Part shown: positions 1-13,898 of the stretch, in pieces
Position numbering within the stretch: the stretch's first letter is position 1
How the letters are laid out: the number at the start of each line of letters is the position of its first letter
Assembly: GCA_029551395.1 (NCBI GenBank)
Contig: JAKPFN010000046.1
Location: 15,752 to 79,751, forward strand
Length of the DNA: 64,000 bases
Direction of reading: 5' to 3'
Origin: Armatimonadota bacterium
GTDB taxonomy: Bacteria; Armatimonadota; UBA5829; DTLH01
Program-made: the position numbers and the translations under genes
The notes under the pieces: generated by a model
The model's input: the letters and a program-made list of their open reading frames with translations, nothing else
The model's database searches: none
What the model was told of the DNA's origin: nothing

Positions 1-825
1 ATAATCTCCGAATTTATCCCAGAATACCTGGACAATCTTGTCATACGCAGCAGGAGTGATTGTTTTTGTCTTGAGGTCTGGCATGTAGAACCGGACAGCA
101 ACCTGCCTGATATGTGTGTCTACTGGAACAGCTTTGTCTTTATCAAGAGAGAACAGACATACACAGTCAGCAATCTTAGCTCCGATACCGCGTAGTGCAA
201 CCAAATCTGCCTTTGCATCTTCATAACTTCTGGAACGCATCGAAAGCAGCCAACCTTTTGGATGAGACAATATCTGCCTGGCTACCGTTACTATGTTTGA
301 TCCTCGCCAACCGAGTCCTGCCTTATTACGTATCTCATCAGGATCAGCAGAGGCAAGCGCTGATATGGAAGGAAATGCGTAGTGGTCAACTCCTCCTGCT
401 GATGCAATAAAAGTGCCGTACATTCTGGAAAGCTCATCAACGGATTTCGATATCCTTGGCACTGAGTTGGCTGTTGAGCAGACATAAGAGATAATTGTCT
501 CTTCAGGGTCCTGTCTTACCAGCCTTAGCCCTGCAAACTGCTTTACCAGAACAGCTAGATGTTCATCTGCATTGGAAAGATGTTCATAAATGGCTGGTAC
601 ATCATCATCAAGCCTGAAATAGCTGTTGAAAAGGGCCAGGTCTGGTTTACCAGGCAATGTTTCCCATAGAAATCCGTTGTCTTGTTCCTTGACACGAATT
701 ACTTTGCCTTTAACCGGAGCAGCCCACCAGCCTTCATTATCCTGTTTCCACCTGAATGCCTGTCCACATGTCAGCGTATAAGTCAGGTTCAGGTATTCAT
801 GTGCATAATCCAGATATTCAGCCAT
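1..825 (-). CDS. 8-oxoguanine DNA glycosylase (OGG1/HhH-GPD family), 3' end runs off window
   Basis: Not in ORF track. Manual translation from ATG 825: MAEYLDYAHEYLNLTYTLTCGQAFRW (OGG_N TLxCGQxFRW) and HhH-GPD motif LRGIGAKIADCVCLFSLDKDKAVPVDTHI. Confidence 0.88.
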   Translation of the reverse strand, partial: MAEYLDYAHEYLNLTYTLTCGQAFRWKQDNEGWWAAPVKGKVIRVKEQDNGFLWETLPGKPDLALFNSYFRLDDDVPAIYEHLSNADEHLAVLVKQFAGLRLVRQDPEETIISYVCSTANSVPRISKSVDELSRMYGTFIASAGGVDHYAFPSISALASADPDEIRNKAGLGWRGSNIVTVARQILSHPKGWLLSMRSRSYEDAKADLVALRGIGAKIADCVCLFSLDKDKAVPVDTHIRQVAVRFYMPDLKTKTITPAAYDKIVQVFWDKFGDY

Positions 826-853
826 TAGCCATTACCATTTCCGTACATCAATA

Positions 854-883
854 AAGGGGCATCCCTACGATGGGATACCCCTT
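854..883 (-). terminator. Intrinsic terminator-like hairpin after the DUF151 gene
   Basis: AAGGGGTATCCC-loop-GGGATGCCCCTT on the minus strand, followed by a short T-rich tail. Confidence 0.55.
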
Positions 884-906
884 CTTAAGACTTGCCTGAC
901 GTCGGA

Positions 907-1446
907 TTATTCTTCGTAGACCGCTGCTTGTTCAAGGACAGATTCGGCCATGTAAATAGGTGCTTTGGTCCTTAGACCAAGCGCAATAGCATCACTAGGT
1001 CTTGAATCGATCTCCACCACGCTGCCATTTATTACTATATGCACTTTGGCATAATAGGTCTCGTGCCAAAGATCATCAATTACAATCCGATCCACCGTTC
1101 CACCGAGACGTTGGATGATATTTTTCATCAGGTCATGAGTCATCGGACGGTCCATCGAAGCGCCTTCCAGAGCAACTGAGATGGAATATGCCTCCGGTCT
1201 GCCAATCCATATCAAGACAGACCGTCCTTGATTATCTCGAAGAAGCACAAATGCAGCAGGCTGAGCAGTTATGGAATCCTGGTGCTCGTACACGCCGACT
1301 ACTTTGACTTCCTTTTCATCGAGTCGTTTATCTTCGGATGCGCCCCTGTCCGGCATATCACCCATATCACCGAACTCCGGCAGTCCTTCTGACGGTATCT
1401 CGTCTTCCGGTCTGTTTTCTTCCTCGAAGTTGCGCTCGTCGTCCAC
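907..1446 (-). CDS. Bifunctional nuclease family protein (DUF151)
   Basis: Motifs IWIGRPEA, RPMTHDL, IDSRPSDAIALGLR; acidic N-terminal extension. Confidence 0.9.
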   Translation of the reverse strand: MDDERNFEEENRPEDEIPSEGLPEFGDMGDMPDRGASEDKRLDEKEVKVVGVYEHQDSITAQPAAFVLLRDNQGRSVLIWIGRPEAYSISVALEGASMDRPMTHDLMKNIIQRLGGTVDRIVIDDLWHETYYAKVHIVINGSVVEIDSRPSDAIALGLRTKAPIYMAESVLEQAAVYEE

Positions 1447-1501
1447 GTTACTGCATCCCTTCGTAATTGTTCTTTACCAATTTACCCCTCTCCCGTTGGG
1501 G

Positions 1502-2773
<1,272 letters not shown>

Positions 2774-2976
2774 GTTTCTTCACCTCTTTGGCATACATTG
2801 CCGTAGAAACTATAAATATTAAAACTGCAACAGACGCTTAAGCTGGGCTGATATGGAAGGGCGAGATCGACGCACGAGTTCAAGCGCCTGTTATAAGCTG
2901 AAGTTACAAATGATGGCTAAAGAAGCTGCGGCCGAAGCAATTCGGCCATTTGAGGTCTTCTTACGGCTCAATAAAT

Positions 2977-3005
2977 AGTATAACTAACATTCTCAAATTT
3001 GTCCA
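2977..3005 (-). promoter_or_regulatory. Sigma70-type promoter for rho
   Basis: TGGACA-17 nt-TATACT on the minus strand, about 200 nt upstream of the rho start. Confidence 0.6.
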
Positions 3006-3053
3006 GTACGATGGCAAATGTTTATACGCTTGCACGCCGTATATACTATTGAT

Positions 3054-3623
3054 CTAACCGCCGCCATAAACCTCCGGCTTGAGCACTCCAATAAACGGAA
3101 GGCTTCTATAATGGCCGTCGTAGTCCAATCCGTATCCGACTACATATTTGTCTTCAACGATGAAGCCATAGTAGTCTATGCCCACATCAACAGCCCGCCT
3201 ACTAGGCTTATCAAGTAGTGTGCATACCCTCACACTCGCAGCCTTACGAGATCTAAGGTTTTCTACTATGTAGCTCAGTCGCAGCGTCCATCCCGTATCT
3301 ACAATATCCTCAACAACGAGGACATGTTTACTCTCTATACTTGAATCAAGATCCTTAAGGAGCCGCACAACACCGGAAGACCGCGTGTCAGCACCGTAGC
3401 TTGATATGGCTACAAAATCATAATCTACCGGGATTGTTATGTGCCTTACGAGGTCAGCCAAAAAAATTGCGGCTCCCTTTAATATACCCACTAGTACGAG
3501 TTCTTTACCCTCGTAATCCCTGGAAATTTGTTCTCCGAGTTCTTTGACTCTTTCCTGTATTTGTTCTTCGCTCAATAGAACTTGGGCAATATCATTGGTC
3601 AATGGCGGTTTTTGTTGTCCCAT
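3054..3623 (-). CDS. hpt: Hypoxanthine phosphoribosyltransferase
   Basis: VGILKGA, SSYG, PRPP motif VLVVEDIVDTG, LLDKP, YVVGYGLDY; ATG 3623 chosen just after the guaA stop. Confidence 0.96.
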   Translation of the reverse strand: MGQQKPPLTNDIAQVLLSEEQIQERVKELGEQISRDYEGKELVLVGILKGAAIFLADLVRHITIPVDYDFVAISSYGADTRSSGVVRLLKDLDSSIESKHVLVVEDIVDTGWTLRLSYIVENLRSRKAASVRVCTLLDKPSRRAVDVGIDYYGFIVEDKYVVGYGLDYDGHYRSLPFIGVLKPEVYGGG

Positions 3624-3628
3624 AGTGC

Positions 3629-5194
3629 CTACTCCCACTCAATAGTCGCCGGCGGCTTAGAGCTAACGTCATACACCAGCCTGTTGACTCCCTTTACTTC
3701 ATTTATGACTCTATTACTAATACGTTCCAACACTTCCCAAGGCAGGCGAGCCCAGTCGGCAGTCATAGCGTCTTCACTGGTCACTGCGCGAAGGATAATA
3801 GGATAGGAATAAGTTCTCTGGTCGCCCATAACACCGACACTTCTAACTGGAGCGAGCACTCCAAACGCTTGCCACAACGTCCTGTAGAGACCTGCACGCT
3901 TGATTTCCTCGACTATTATATCATCAGCTTCGCGCAGTGTCTCAAGCCGGTCCTTAGTTACCTCACCGATTATCCTTATTGCAAGACCAGGCCCTGGGAA
4001 TGGTTGGCGCCAAACCATTTCGCTTGGCAATCCTAATTCTTCCGCCACACGTCTAACTTCGTCTTTAAACAGGTACCTTAATGGCTCAACCAGCTTAAGG
4101 TTCATATCGTCGGGAAGACCACCTACATTATGGTGTGTCTTAATCTTGGCAGCCTGCTTGGTCCCACTTTCGATAACATCCGGGTAGAGTGTTCCCTGAG
4201 CCAGATAATCTACATGTGGAAGTTTTTTTGCTTCCTCTTCGAATATCCTGACGAATTCTTCTCCGATAATCTTCCGTTTTTCCTCAGGGTCTAACACACC
4301 TTTCAACCGGGTAAGGAACCGTTCTTCTGCATCTACATAGATGAGCCGGACATTGAAAAAGTCCTGGAATGTCCGCCTGACCTGTTCTGCTTCATCTTTA
4401 CGGAGAAGTCCATGGTTGACGAAGATACAAGTCAACTGGTCGCCGATTGCCCGATGAACCAATGCGGCTACGGTAGCGGAATCTATACCGCCTGACAACC
4501 CGCAGACGACCGATTTATCTCCGACTTGTTTCTTAATAGCATCACATGAGAGCTTAACAAATGATTCAGCCGTCCACAGGCCCTGACATCCGCACTCGGA
4601 ATAAAGGAAATTACGGATTACCTCTATGCCCCAAGGAGTGTGTACTACCTCAGGATGGAATTGAACCCCATACAGCTTTTTCTCTGGGTTGGACATCGCC
4701 GCAACCGGAGAATTGGATGTACGTGCAATCACTGAGAATCCAGGAGGTGGGCTTTGAACAGCGTCACCGTGGCTCATCCAGCAGATGAGCTTCGGGTTCA
4801 GTCCCTGGAAAAGGTCTCCGTTATCAAGAACATCGAGTTCGGTCTTGCCGTATTCCCGTCTGGCACCAGAGACAACACCGCCTCCCAACTGATATGCCAT
4901 AAGCTGCATACCATAACAGATGCCAAGTATAGGGATGCGGAGGTCATATATCCTTGGGTCGCAAGTTGGAGCGCCGTCTTCGTAAACACTGGATGGACCA
5001 CCTGAGAAGATAATCCCTATAGGCTGTCTGCGGACTATTTCTTCAACAGGTGTGTCATAGGGCAGAATTTCGCAGTAGACTTTGCACTCTCTAACACGTC
5101 TTGCGATAAGCTGGCTGTACTGTGCACCAAAGTCCAACACCAGTACAAGCTGTTTAATAGCTTGCTTACTACTTGATGCCGATTTCGGCGTCAT
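3629..5194 (-). CDS. guaA: GMP synthase (glutamine-hydrolysing)
   Basis: [43 protein letters not shown]; ATGA overlap with the upstream stop. Confidence 0.98.
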   Translation of the reverse strand: MTPKSASSSKQAIKQLVLVLDFGAQYSQLIARRVRECKVYCEILPYDTPVEEIVRRQPIGIIFSGGPSSVYEDGAPTCDPRIYDLRIPILGICYGMQLMAYQLGGGVVSGARREYGKTELDVLDNGDLFQGLNPKLICWMSHGDAVQSPPPGFSVIARTSNSPVAAMSNPEKKLYGVQFHPEVVHTPWGIEVIRNFLYSECGCQGLWTAESFVKLSCDAIKKQVGDKSVVCGLSGGIDSATVAALVHRAIGDQLTCIFVNHGLLRKDEAEQVRRTFQDFFNVRLIYVDAEERFLTRLKGVLDPEEKRKIIGEEFVRIFEEEAKKLPHVDYLAQGTLYPDVIESGTKQAAKIKTHHNVGGLPDDMNLKLVEPLRYLFKDEVRRVAEELGLPSEMVWRQPFPGPGLAIRIIGEVTKDRLETLREADDIIVEEIKRAGLYRTLWQAFGVLAPVRSVGVMGDQRTYSYPIILRAVTSEDAMTADWARLPWEVLERISNRVINEVKGVNRLVYDVSSKPPATIEWE

Positions 5195-6351
5195 CGCCAC
5201 TGCCCCACGTTCTGAGCACGCTGTGCCGTCTTACCTTCTGTCGGAAGGGACGGAGCAATTATCATCTCAGCTTCCTGTAGTTCTTTGATAGTGCGAGCGC
5301 CGCAGTAGCTCATAGCCAGCTTCAGTGCACCAATAAGATTCATAGTGCCATTGTCGGTATTTGCTGGTCCGAACAAGAGTTCATTAAGGGAATACTTGAC
5401 TCCAACCTGGACTCGAGTGCCTCTTGGCAGTCCGGGGTGAGAAGTAGCCATGCCCCAATGGTAGCCTTTACCAGGTGCTTCGGCTGCTGCTGCTATCGGA
5501 GAGCCTATCATTACGGCATCAGCTCCAGCAACAAATGCTTTGATAATATCTCCGCCAGTCCTCATACCGCCGTCAGAAATGATTGGAACATACTTGCCGG
5601 TACGGGCCTCAAAGTCGTCTCTCGCTGCGGCGGAATCTGCTGTAGTAGTAATCATAGGAACGCCAATACCGCAAACCTTGCGAGTAGTACAAGCTGCGCC
5701 TGGGCCAACTCCTACCAGAACAGCATCTGCTCCCGCTTCCATCAGGCTCATTGCACCTTCATAGGTTACGGAATTGCCAACAATTACAGGAATCGGAGAT
5801 TCCTTGCAGAAATCCGCAATAGAAACAGACTCACCACGAGATGAAATAAACTGCGCGGTAGTCACTGTAGACTGGATGACCATTATATCAGCGCCGGCAT
5901 TGAAAATAATCTCGGCGTATTTTTTGGCCACTGCCGGAATAGCGGATACAGCCGCAAGTTGTCCGCCTGCCTTGATTGCTTTGATTCGATATTCTATAAG
6001 TTCAGGTTTGATTGGTTCTTGGTAGATTTTCTGTATGACTGGGATGACCGAGTCGGCAGGTGGCTCGATGATCTGCCTGATTGCTGCGTCTGCATCCTCA
6101 TAGCGAGTCTGCACGCCCTCAAGATTGAGAACTGCAAGCCCACCAAGCTTCCCCATTTCGATGGCTAGACGTGGATCAGTAACGCCATCCATAGCGGAAG
6201 CAAGAATAGGAATTCGAAAACAATCGTCGCCGAGATACCAACTGGTATCTACATCAGCGACATCGATGCTAACCGCCGCGGGCACCACAGCCACCTCGTC
6301 AAATCCGTAAGACTGTCTGGCTTTTTTTCTGCCCCCGACTATAACCTCCAA
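5191..6351 (-). CDS. guaB: GuaB3-family IMP dehydrogenase (no CBS domains)
   Basis: [54 protein letters not shown]. Confidence 0.9.
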   Translation of the reverse strand: MEVIVGGRKKARQSYGFDEVAVVPAAVSIDVADVDTSWYLGDDCFRIPILASAMDGVTDPRLAIEMGKLGGLAVLNLEGVQTRYEDADAAIRQIIEPPADSVIPVIQKIYQEPIKPELIEYRIKAIKAGGQLAAVSAIPAVAKKYAEIIFNAGADIMVIQSTVTTAQFISSRGESVSIADFCKESPIPVIVGNSVTYEGAMSLMEAGADAVLVGVGPGAACTTRKVCGIGVPMITTTADSAAARDDFEARTGKYVPIISDGGMRTGGDIIKAFVAGADAVMIGSPIAAAAEAPGKGYHWGMATSHPGLPRGTRVQVGVKYSLNELLFGPANTDNGTMNLIGALKLAMSYCGARTIKELQEAEMIIAPSLPTEGKTAQRAQNVGQWR

Positions 6352-6378
6352 CGTGTGTTCCTCCTGGCTTTTCGCAAT

Positions 6379-6407
6379 ATGATATCAAAGGCTGAGCTAG
6401 CTGTCAA
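6379..6407 (-). promoter_or_regulatory. Sigma70-type promoter of guaB-guaA-hpt
   Basis: TTGACA-17 nt-TATCAT, then AGGAGG SD before the TTG start. Confidence 0.75.
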
Positions 6408-6453
6408 TCGGTCTGGCTCAGCCTAAATAACAAGATTAAACTAATAATTATTA

Positions 6454-7473
6454 CTACTTGTTTTCAGTCTTTGTTTCCGTTTTAGGCTCTGTTTTTTTAG
6501 GAGCTTCGTATTCGTAAGTACATTGTTTCCACACCTTAACTACACACTTTAACGAGCCTTCGCCGGCAATTGAATCAGTCCATTTGATCATCTGATTTTC
6601 TATAACAGAATAAAAACGCATTGTAACCGGATCAACAATCCACTCTCCACGCTCAAAATACTCTACATTACACGCCTCATGACTCTTACCGGTTGAATCC
6701 AGTACTGCACTTTCCATGTTGAGAATCTGCCCAAGGTAAACATCGGCCACATTAGGATCTACAGTTGTTCTATATTGTAGCTTTGCGCAATTATGTCCAT
6801 CCTTTTGCACATTATCAACCCATGTAATATTGTTAGCTAATTTTGCACTGGTATCATCAGATACAACGGACGATATTGCATGTGTTGTAGACCACGTATC
6901 TCCCTTTTTAGCACGTAAGCCTAGAAGCCCGCGGTATTTTGAATTCCATTCTTCTTGCATCACCATACTAATCATCTGATCGAATCCTGGGGGTACTCGA
7001 AGTTCGATTAAGTTAGGCATTTGCCTATAAGCTTCAGCAGTGATTGCTTCAAGAAGACCTTCCATTCCGTTAATACCAACACATGCTCCGTAGGAATTCA
7101 GAACGTATTCAACAGGAGTCCTATTCCTCATTTCCTGGGCAATATAGTTTACTTGTTCTTGGTAATCTGCTTCTTTGATTTTTGGTGTAGCAAATGATAT
7201 TGGGGTACGCTTGACCAGATAACCATCTTCAGTTTTCTTTATTTGATATCGCATTTTCGATTCAATAACTGATGTACTATCCACTTGGCCATCGATAGTC
7301 TTTTGATTAGTTTCTTTATAGGTCTCTATCCATGTAGTACCATCAGGTATATTGAATCTAAAAAGAACATCTGACGCGCCCAGACAAGGTTGAGACACAA
7401 AACCTGCCAAAACAACAAGAACGATTACTATCTTACCGATAACTACTGACGCAACTCTAAAACCGCGGTTCAT
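6454..7473 (-). CDS. Hypothetical exported protein
   Basis: Long ORF with hydrophobic signal-like N-terminus; GGAGG SD before ATG 7473; visibly AT-richer than neighbours; no recognised family. Confidence 0.75.
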   Translation of the reverse strand: MNRGFRVASVVIGKIVIVLVVLAGFVSQPCLGASDVLFRFNIPDGTTWIETYKETNQKTIDGQVDSTSVIESKMRYQIKKTEDGYLVKRTPISFATPKIKEADYQEQVNYIAQEMRNRTPVEYVLNSYGACVGINGMEGLLEAITAEAYRQMPNLIELRVPPGFDQMISMVMQEEWNSKYRGLLGLRAKKGDTWSTTHAISSVVSDDTSAKLANNITWVDNVQKDGHNCAKLQYRTTVDPNVADVYLGQILNMESAVLDSTGKSHEACNVEYFERGEWIVDPVTMRFYSVIENQMIKWTDSIAGEGSLKCVVKVWKQCTYEYEAPKKTEPKTETKTENK

Positions 7474-7592
7474 GTGAGGTTCCTCCGGATGGATTAACAT
7501 CGGGTATGCAGCTATTTATTCTATATAAGGCTGCATACCTGATGATATACCTGGTTTTATCACGTTTGCCTGCTTTTTTGCAAGACTTTTAA

Positions 7593-10081
<2,489 letters not shown>

Positions 10082-10083
10082 CG

Positions 10084-10884
10084 TTAACCACGCTCCTTAT
10101 CACCGCCTGTAAAATACCACATTTGGCCTTTTCCGAGCTTAACCGACTTCTTTATCGAAGCAACTATATAATCTTTTGCAAACTTGATGGAATCCTGAAC
10201 CGAATCGCCTCGCGCAAGTCGGGCTGTGATAGCCGCAGAGAACACGCAGCCAGTCCCATGCATTGTCGGCCCTTCAACTCGCTCGCTTCTATACTCCACA
10301 AATTGAGAGCCGTCATATAACATGTCTACCGGCTCACCATCAAGATGTCCTCCCTTAATGAGAACATAATTCGGGCCAAAGTCATGAATCCGTTTTGCAG
10401 CTTCTTTTACACTATCCAGGTCAGTTACCTGGATTTTCGCTAACTCAGCTGCTTCGACCAGGTTCGGTGTTACGATCAAGCATTTCGGTATGAGTTCCTG
10501 TCTCATCCTCTGTACAGCTCTAGCAAGAAGAAGCCTGCTGCCATCTTTTGCGAATATTACCGGATCAAGCACCACGTTCGGAATTTCGCGCCTGACTATC
10601 CGTTCAGCTACTCTGCTAACAATTTCTTCAGAAAAGAGCATTCCAATCTTACAGGCATCGACTCCCATATCTCTTACGACAGAATCAATCTGTGCTGCCA
10701 CTATCCTCTGCGGCACCTTGTTGATTTTCTGCACTCCAAGAGAGTTCTGTGCCGTAACTGCCGTAACCACTGACAGCCCGTAGACTCCAAGATCAGCAAA
10801 GACCTTCAGATCAGCCTGAATTCCCGCACCGCCGCTTGAATCCGAACCAGCAATTGTCAGTGCAAGCTTCACTGTTCGCTCCAC
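10084..10884 (-). CDS. thiD: HMP/phosphomethylpyrimidine kinase
   Basis: LTIAGSDSSGGAGIQADLK, KIGML, TPNLVEA, KGGH, HGTGC. Confidence 0.96.
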   Translation of the reverse strand: MERTVKLALTIAGSDSSGGAGIQADLKVFADLGVYGLSVVTAVTAQNSLGVQKINKVPQRIVAAQIDSVVRDMGVDACKIGMLFSEEIVSRVAERIVRREIPNVVLDPVIFAKDGSRLLLARAVQRMRQELIPKCLIVTPNLVEAAELAKIQVTDLDSVKEAAKRIHDFGPNYVLIKGGHLDGEPVDMLYDGSQFVEYRSERVEGPTMHGTGCVFSAAITARLARGDSVQDSIKFAKDYIVASIKKSVKLGKGQMWYFTGGDKERG

Positions 10885-11717
10885 GATATATTCAGCAGTT
10901 CAATCAAATCATCTATAATGATTTCCGGCTTTAGCTCAAGTGGAGCAGTTTCTGCATCTTCTCTGGTTGAGATGCCTGTAGTGACCATCACTGTATGCGC
11001 ACCGACTCTATTGCCTACCAGTATGTCTGTTTCCAACCTGTCGCCTACAACGACAGTCAATTCTGAGCTGCCGCCAGCTATCTTGATGATCTTTTCTAAT
11101 GCATAAGTCTCAGGTTTGCCGATAACGAATGGTGTTTGTCCTGATGCCGTCTCGATAGCGCTGACGATTGCACCTCCGCCAGGGATAACCACGCCTTCTT
11201 CTATAGGGAATGTGGCATCTCTATTGGTGGCAATGAACTTTGCTCCAGCAAGAATCGCCTGCTGTGCATTAGTCAGCTTGTCGTAGTTGAACTGGCGGTC
11301 CAGCCCTGCTATGACATAATCGACTTTTCCAACGCTTCCATTACGGAGGACTTCCACATCTGCAGATTCCAGTTCCTGGATAAGTCCTGCTTCACCAACT
11401 ACATACGCTTGTATCCTAGTTTTACCCGATTCGCGGAGAAAGAGTGCTGTAGCATAGGCTGAGGTCATAATTTCCTCAGGTTGGCATTGAATATCCATTC
11501 CCTGGAGCTTGTCTTGGTAGTCTTTTCGAGACCTGGTAGCGTTGTTAGTGTAGAAGAAGACCTTGTTTCCACGGTGCCTGAGATGCGCCACAGTCTCGCT
11601 GGCATGCGGCTGTGGTTCGTTCCCTCGGTAAATAACACCGTCGAGGTCGAAAACGTAAGTCTGCGGCCTATTAATCAATCCCACTGCCTCTCTTTTATCA
11701 ACCTGAAAGTCTACCAT
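10869..11717 (-). CDS. HAD-IIA family hydrolase (NagD-like)
   Basis: FDLDGVIY, TNNA, ATNRD, GKP, VGDRLETDI. Confidence 0.92.
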   Translation of the reverse strand: MVDFQVDKREAVGLINRPQTYVFDLDGVIYRGNEPQPHASETVAHLRHRGNKVFFYTNNATRSRKDYQDKLQGMDIQCQPEEIMTSAYATALFLRESGKTRIQAYVVGEAGLIQELESADVEVLRNGSVGKVDYVIAGLDRQFNYDKLTNAQQAILAGAKFIATNRDATFPIEEGVVIPGGGAIVSAIETASGQTPFVIGKPETYALEKIIKIAGGSSELTVVVGDRLETDILVGNRVGAHTVMVTTGISTREDAETAPLELKPEIIIDDLIELLNISWSEQ

Positions 11718-11880
11718 TAATTAGCCCATAAGTCAATTACAATAATTTTTAAATTTGAAGTTATACAGCGTCACTTACATACTCAATTTTGTGTTTGATA
11801 GACTAGCCCAAGTGTTCCAATCGATGTTGGAGGGTAGACTTGATGAAAGTATATGTGGAGTATTACCCGTGGAGGTTAAA

Positions 11881-12414
11881 ATGGAGATTGAGAAGGTTCT
11901 GCAAGGTGATTCCTGGCTTGGGCATCCTGTCCATCCGGCAATGATATCCATTCCCATTGGTTTTTGGTTATTTGGTTCGATTATGGACGGTATTGCTGCT
12001 GTTACTGGCAGTGAATGCGCACAGGAAGCGGCTGATTATGCGATTATCGGAGGCGTTGTAGGAGCAGGTATCGCTGCAGCAACTGGAGTAGGGGAGTTCC
12101 TAAGAGTACCGCAGGGAAATACCGCTCAAAGAGATGCCGTTACTCATGGAGCGCTGAATGCTGCTGCTACTGCAATATTCGGGGTCAGTGCTTCGCTTCG
12201 AACAGGGCAGCATGGCCGGGGAAAATCTACTGGGATTTTACCAAAGCTTTTATCTTTAGCTGGAGTCGGAGTTATTATATATACAGGCTGGCTTGGCGGT
12301 AAACTGGCTTACAGCTATGGTGTTGGTGTACAAAAAGAGCATATTGAGGAAGAGGACAAACAGCCACTCAGCCAGGATATCAAAGAAGAACAAATGCCTA
12401 GAGCGCATGCTTGA
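11881..12414 (+). CDS. DUF2231-domain membrane protein
   Basis: WLGHPVHPAMISIPIG, HGALN, GWLGGKLAY; GGAGG SD before ATG 11881. Confidence 0.85.
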   Translation: MEIEKVLQGDSWLGHPVHPAMISIPIGFWLFGSIMDGIAAVTGSECAQEAADYAIIGGVVGAGIAAATGVGEFLRVPQGNTAQRDAVTHGALNAAATAIFGVSASLRTGQHGRGKSTGILPKLLSLAGVGVIIYTGWLGGKLAYSYGVGVQKEHIEEEDKQPLSQDIKEEQMPRAHA

Positions 12415-12590
12415 GCATTTACTTAGCAATCAGAGATAAGAACTAGGTATTTTCCTGTTTAATAGATAACACGGGTGAAGGTCATAATACTTTTACTGTC
12501 TTCATTTACCTAAGTCCTTTCTTAAGGATGTTAATCTGACTGAGCACCTGCCTTACATCCTCATTGTTCACTACTCGGTCATAAATATTC

Positions 12591-12619
12591 TTGACTCAAC
12601 AGTGCATTGCTGGTATACT
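12591..12619 (+). promoter_or_regulatory. Sigma70-type promoter of yebC
   Basis: TTGACT-17 nt-TATACT with extended TG. Confidence 0.7.
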
Positions 12620-12643
12620 GAGCTTAGCGGGAGGTGCACTGAC

Positions 12644-13396
12644 TTGTCAGGTCATTCCAAGTGGCATAATATTAGATTGCGCAAGGGCAAGCAAGACGCA
12701 GAGCGCGGTAAAATCTTTACAAAACTTGCCCGTGAAATCATAGTTGCAGCAAAAGCTGGCGGAGGCAATCCGGATGCTAATGTTCGGCTGCGCTTGGCGA
12801 TCCAAAAGGCTCGCGATAACAGTATGCCAGCCGATAACATTAAGAGAGCTATCCAAAGAGGTACCGGTGAACTCGAAGGAGTTGTCTACGAAGAGGTAAC
12901 CTACGAAGGTTATGGTGTGAATGGTGTGGCTGTTCTGGCCCAATGCTTGACCGATAACAGAAACCGTACGGTTGCAGAGCTTCGAAATGTGTTTAGCAAG
13001 TGCGGCGGAAACCTCGGAGAATCAGGTTCAGTTGCCTGGATGTTCGACCAGAAGGGTGTTGTTACGATATCTGCCGAAGCATCAGATGAAGACTCAATAA
13101 TGATGGCTACGCTCGATGCCGGAGCCGAAGATATCCGTAAAGAAGACGACACTATCGAAGTAATAACCAGACCTGAGGATCTTCAGGCTGTTCGTGATGC
13201 TTTGAACGCTGCTGGGATTCCATTTATGGATGCTGAAATCTCGATGATCCCAAAAACAACTGTTCGAGTCGAAGGAACCAAAGAAGCTGGACAGATACTC
13301 AGGCTTGTTGAGATGCTTGAAGATCTGGACGACGTGCAAAACGTCTACGCCAATTTTGATATCCCAGATGAGATTATGCAAGAAGTCGCTGCGTAA
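12644..13396 (+). CDS. yebC: YebC/PmpR family protein
   Basis: (M)SGHSKWHNI, NPDAN.RLR, YEGYG, TDNRNRT, DDVQNVYAN; TTG start after GGAGGTG. Confidence 0.96.
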   Translation: MSGHSKWHNIRLRKGKQDAERGKIFTKLAREIIVAAKAGGGNPDANVRLRLAIQKARDNSMPADNIKRAIQRGTGELEGVVYEEVTYEGYGVNGVAVLAQCLTDNRNRTVAELRNVFSKCGGNLGESGSVAWMFDQKGVVTISAEASDEDSIMMATLDAGAEDIRKEDDTIEVITRPEDLQAVRDALNAAGIPFMDAEISMIPKTTVRVEGTKEAGQILRLVEMLEDLDDVQNVYANFDIPDEIMQEVAA

Positions 13397-13410
13397 TCTG
13401 TAAAATTGAT

Positions 13411-13440
13411 AGGCCGGTCGCAAAAAGGCCGGCCTGTTTC
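13411..13440 (+). terminator. Intrinsic terminator-like hairpin after yebC
   Basis: AGGCCGGTC...GGCCGGCCT followed by GTTT. Confidence 0.55.
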
Positions 13441-13490
13441 CCAAAGACTGGGATTATAATAATTACCTTCAAACCGGAGGTGGGTGTACA

Positions 13491-13712
13491 ATGATTAAGC
13501 TCCGGGTGGATTGGCACCAGGCTTGTCAGTCTTGTGGTACTGAAGTAGTTGTGGACTATCTAGATCAGTGTCCAAAGGAGATTCTATGTCCATGGTGCGG
13601 GGCTAAAGTGCTCATAGACATCAAGAATGGAAACCTGGATGCTAGAGAAAGGCTCACATCTGCACTTTTTGCGCTGGAATCCCAAATGAACCAGGAACTA
13701 ACGCGTACCTAG
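13491..13712 (+). CDS. Small CxxC-CxxC zinc-ribbon hypothetical protein
   Basis: GGAGGTG SD; CQSC and CPWC pairs, helical C-terminus. Confidence 0.7.
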   Translation: MIKLRVDWHQACQSCGTEVVVDYLDQCPKEILCPWCGAKVLIDIKNGNLDARERLTSALFALESQMNQELTRT

Positions 13713-13898
13713 CGCATACTTGCTGGCTTACTCATCAAAACTACCTTATAAATCTGTTGATAATACAGATGACCTGTTTCTCGCCTCTCAAATCACTCAT
13801 CATTTGCCTTGAATCATAATTCCACTAAAAACATTGAATAATTCTGAAGGTTACAAGGGCCTATTGATCTAATTGATCTCTGGTGGAGGTGTATAAAA

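Noticed and set aside
818-838. Repeated AATGG(C/T) units giving a MVMANG uORF over the glycosylase start
   Set aside because: Very short repeat with no supporting evidence for function.
6352-6378. Purine riboswitch ahead of the gua operon
   Set aside because: The predicted leader is only about 20 nt, too short for an aptamer.
6392-6407. TTGACAGCTAGCTCAG (minus strand) matches, from memory, the first 16 nt of synthetic promoter J23119
   Set aside because: The match stops before the -10 region, there is no vector context, and it sits where a native guaB promoter is expected; treated as coincidence.
12470-12595. Minus-strand coding-like stretch (VKNIYDRVVNNEDVRQVLSQINILKKGLR*) as a gene remnant
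   Set aside because: Too short, no start codon and no recognisable family.
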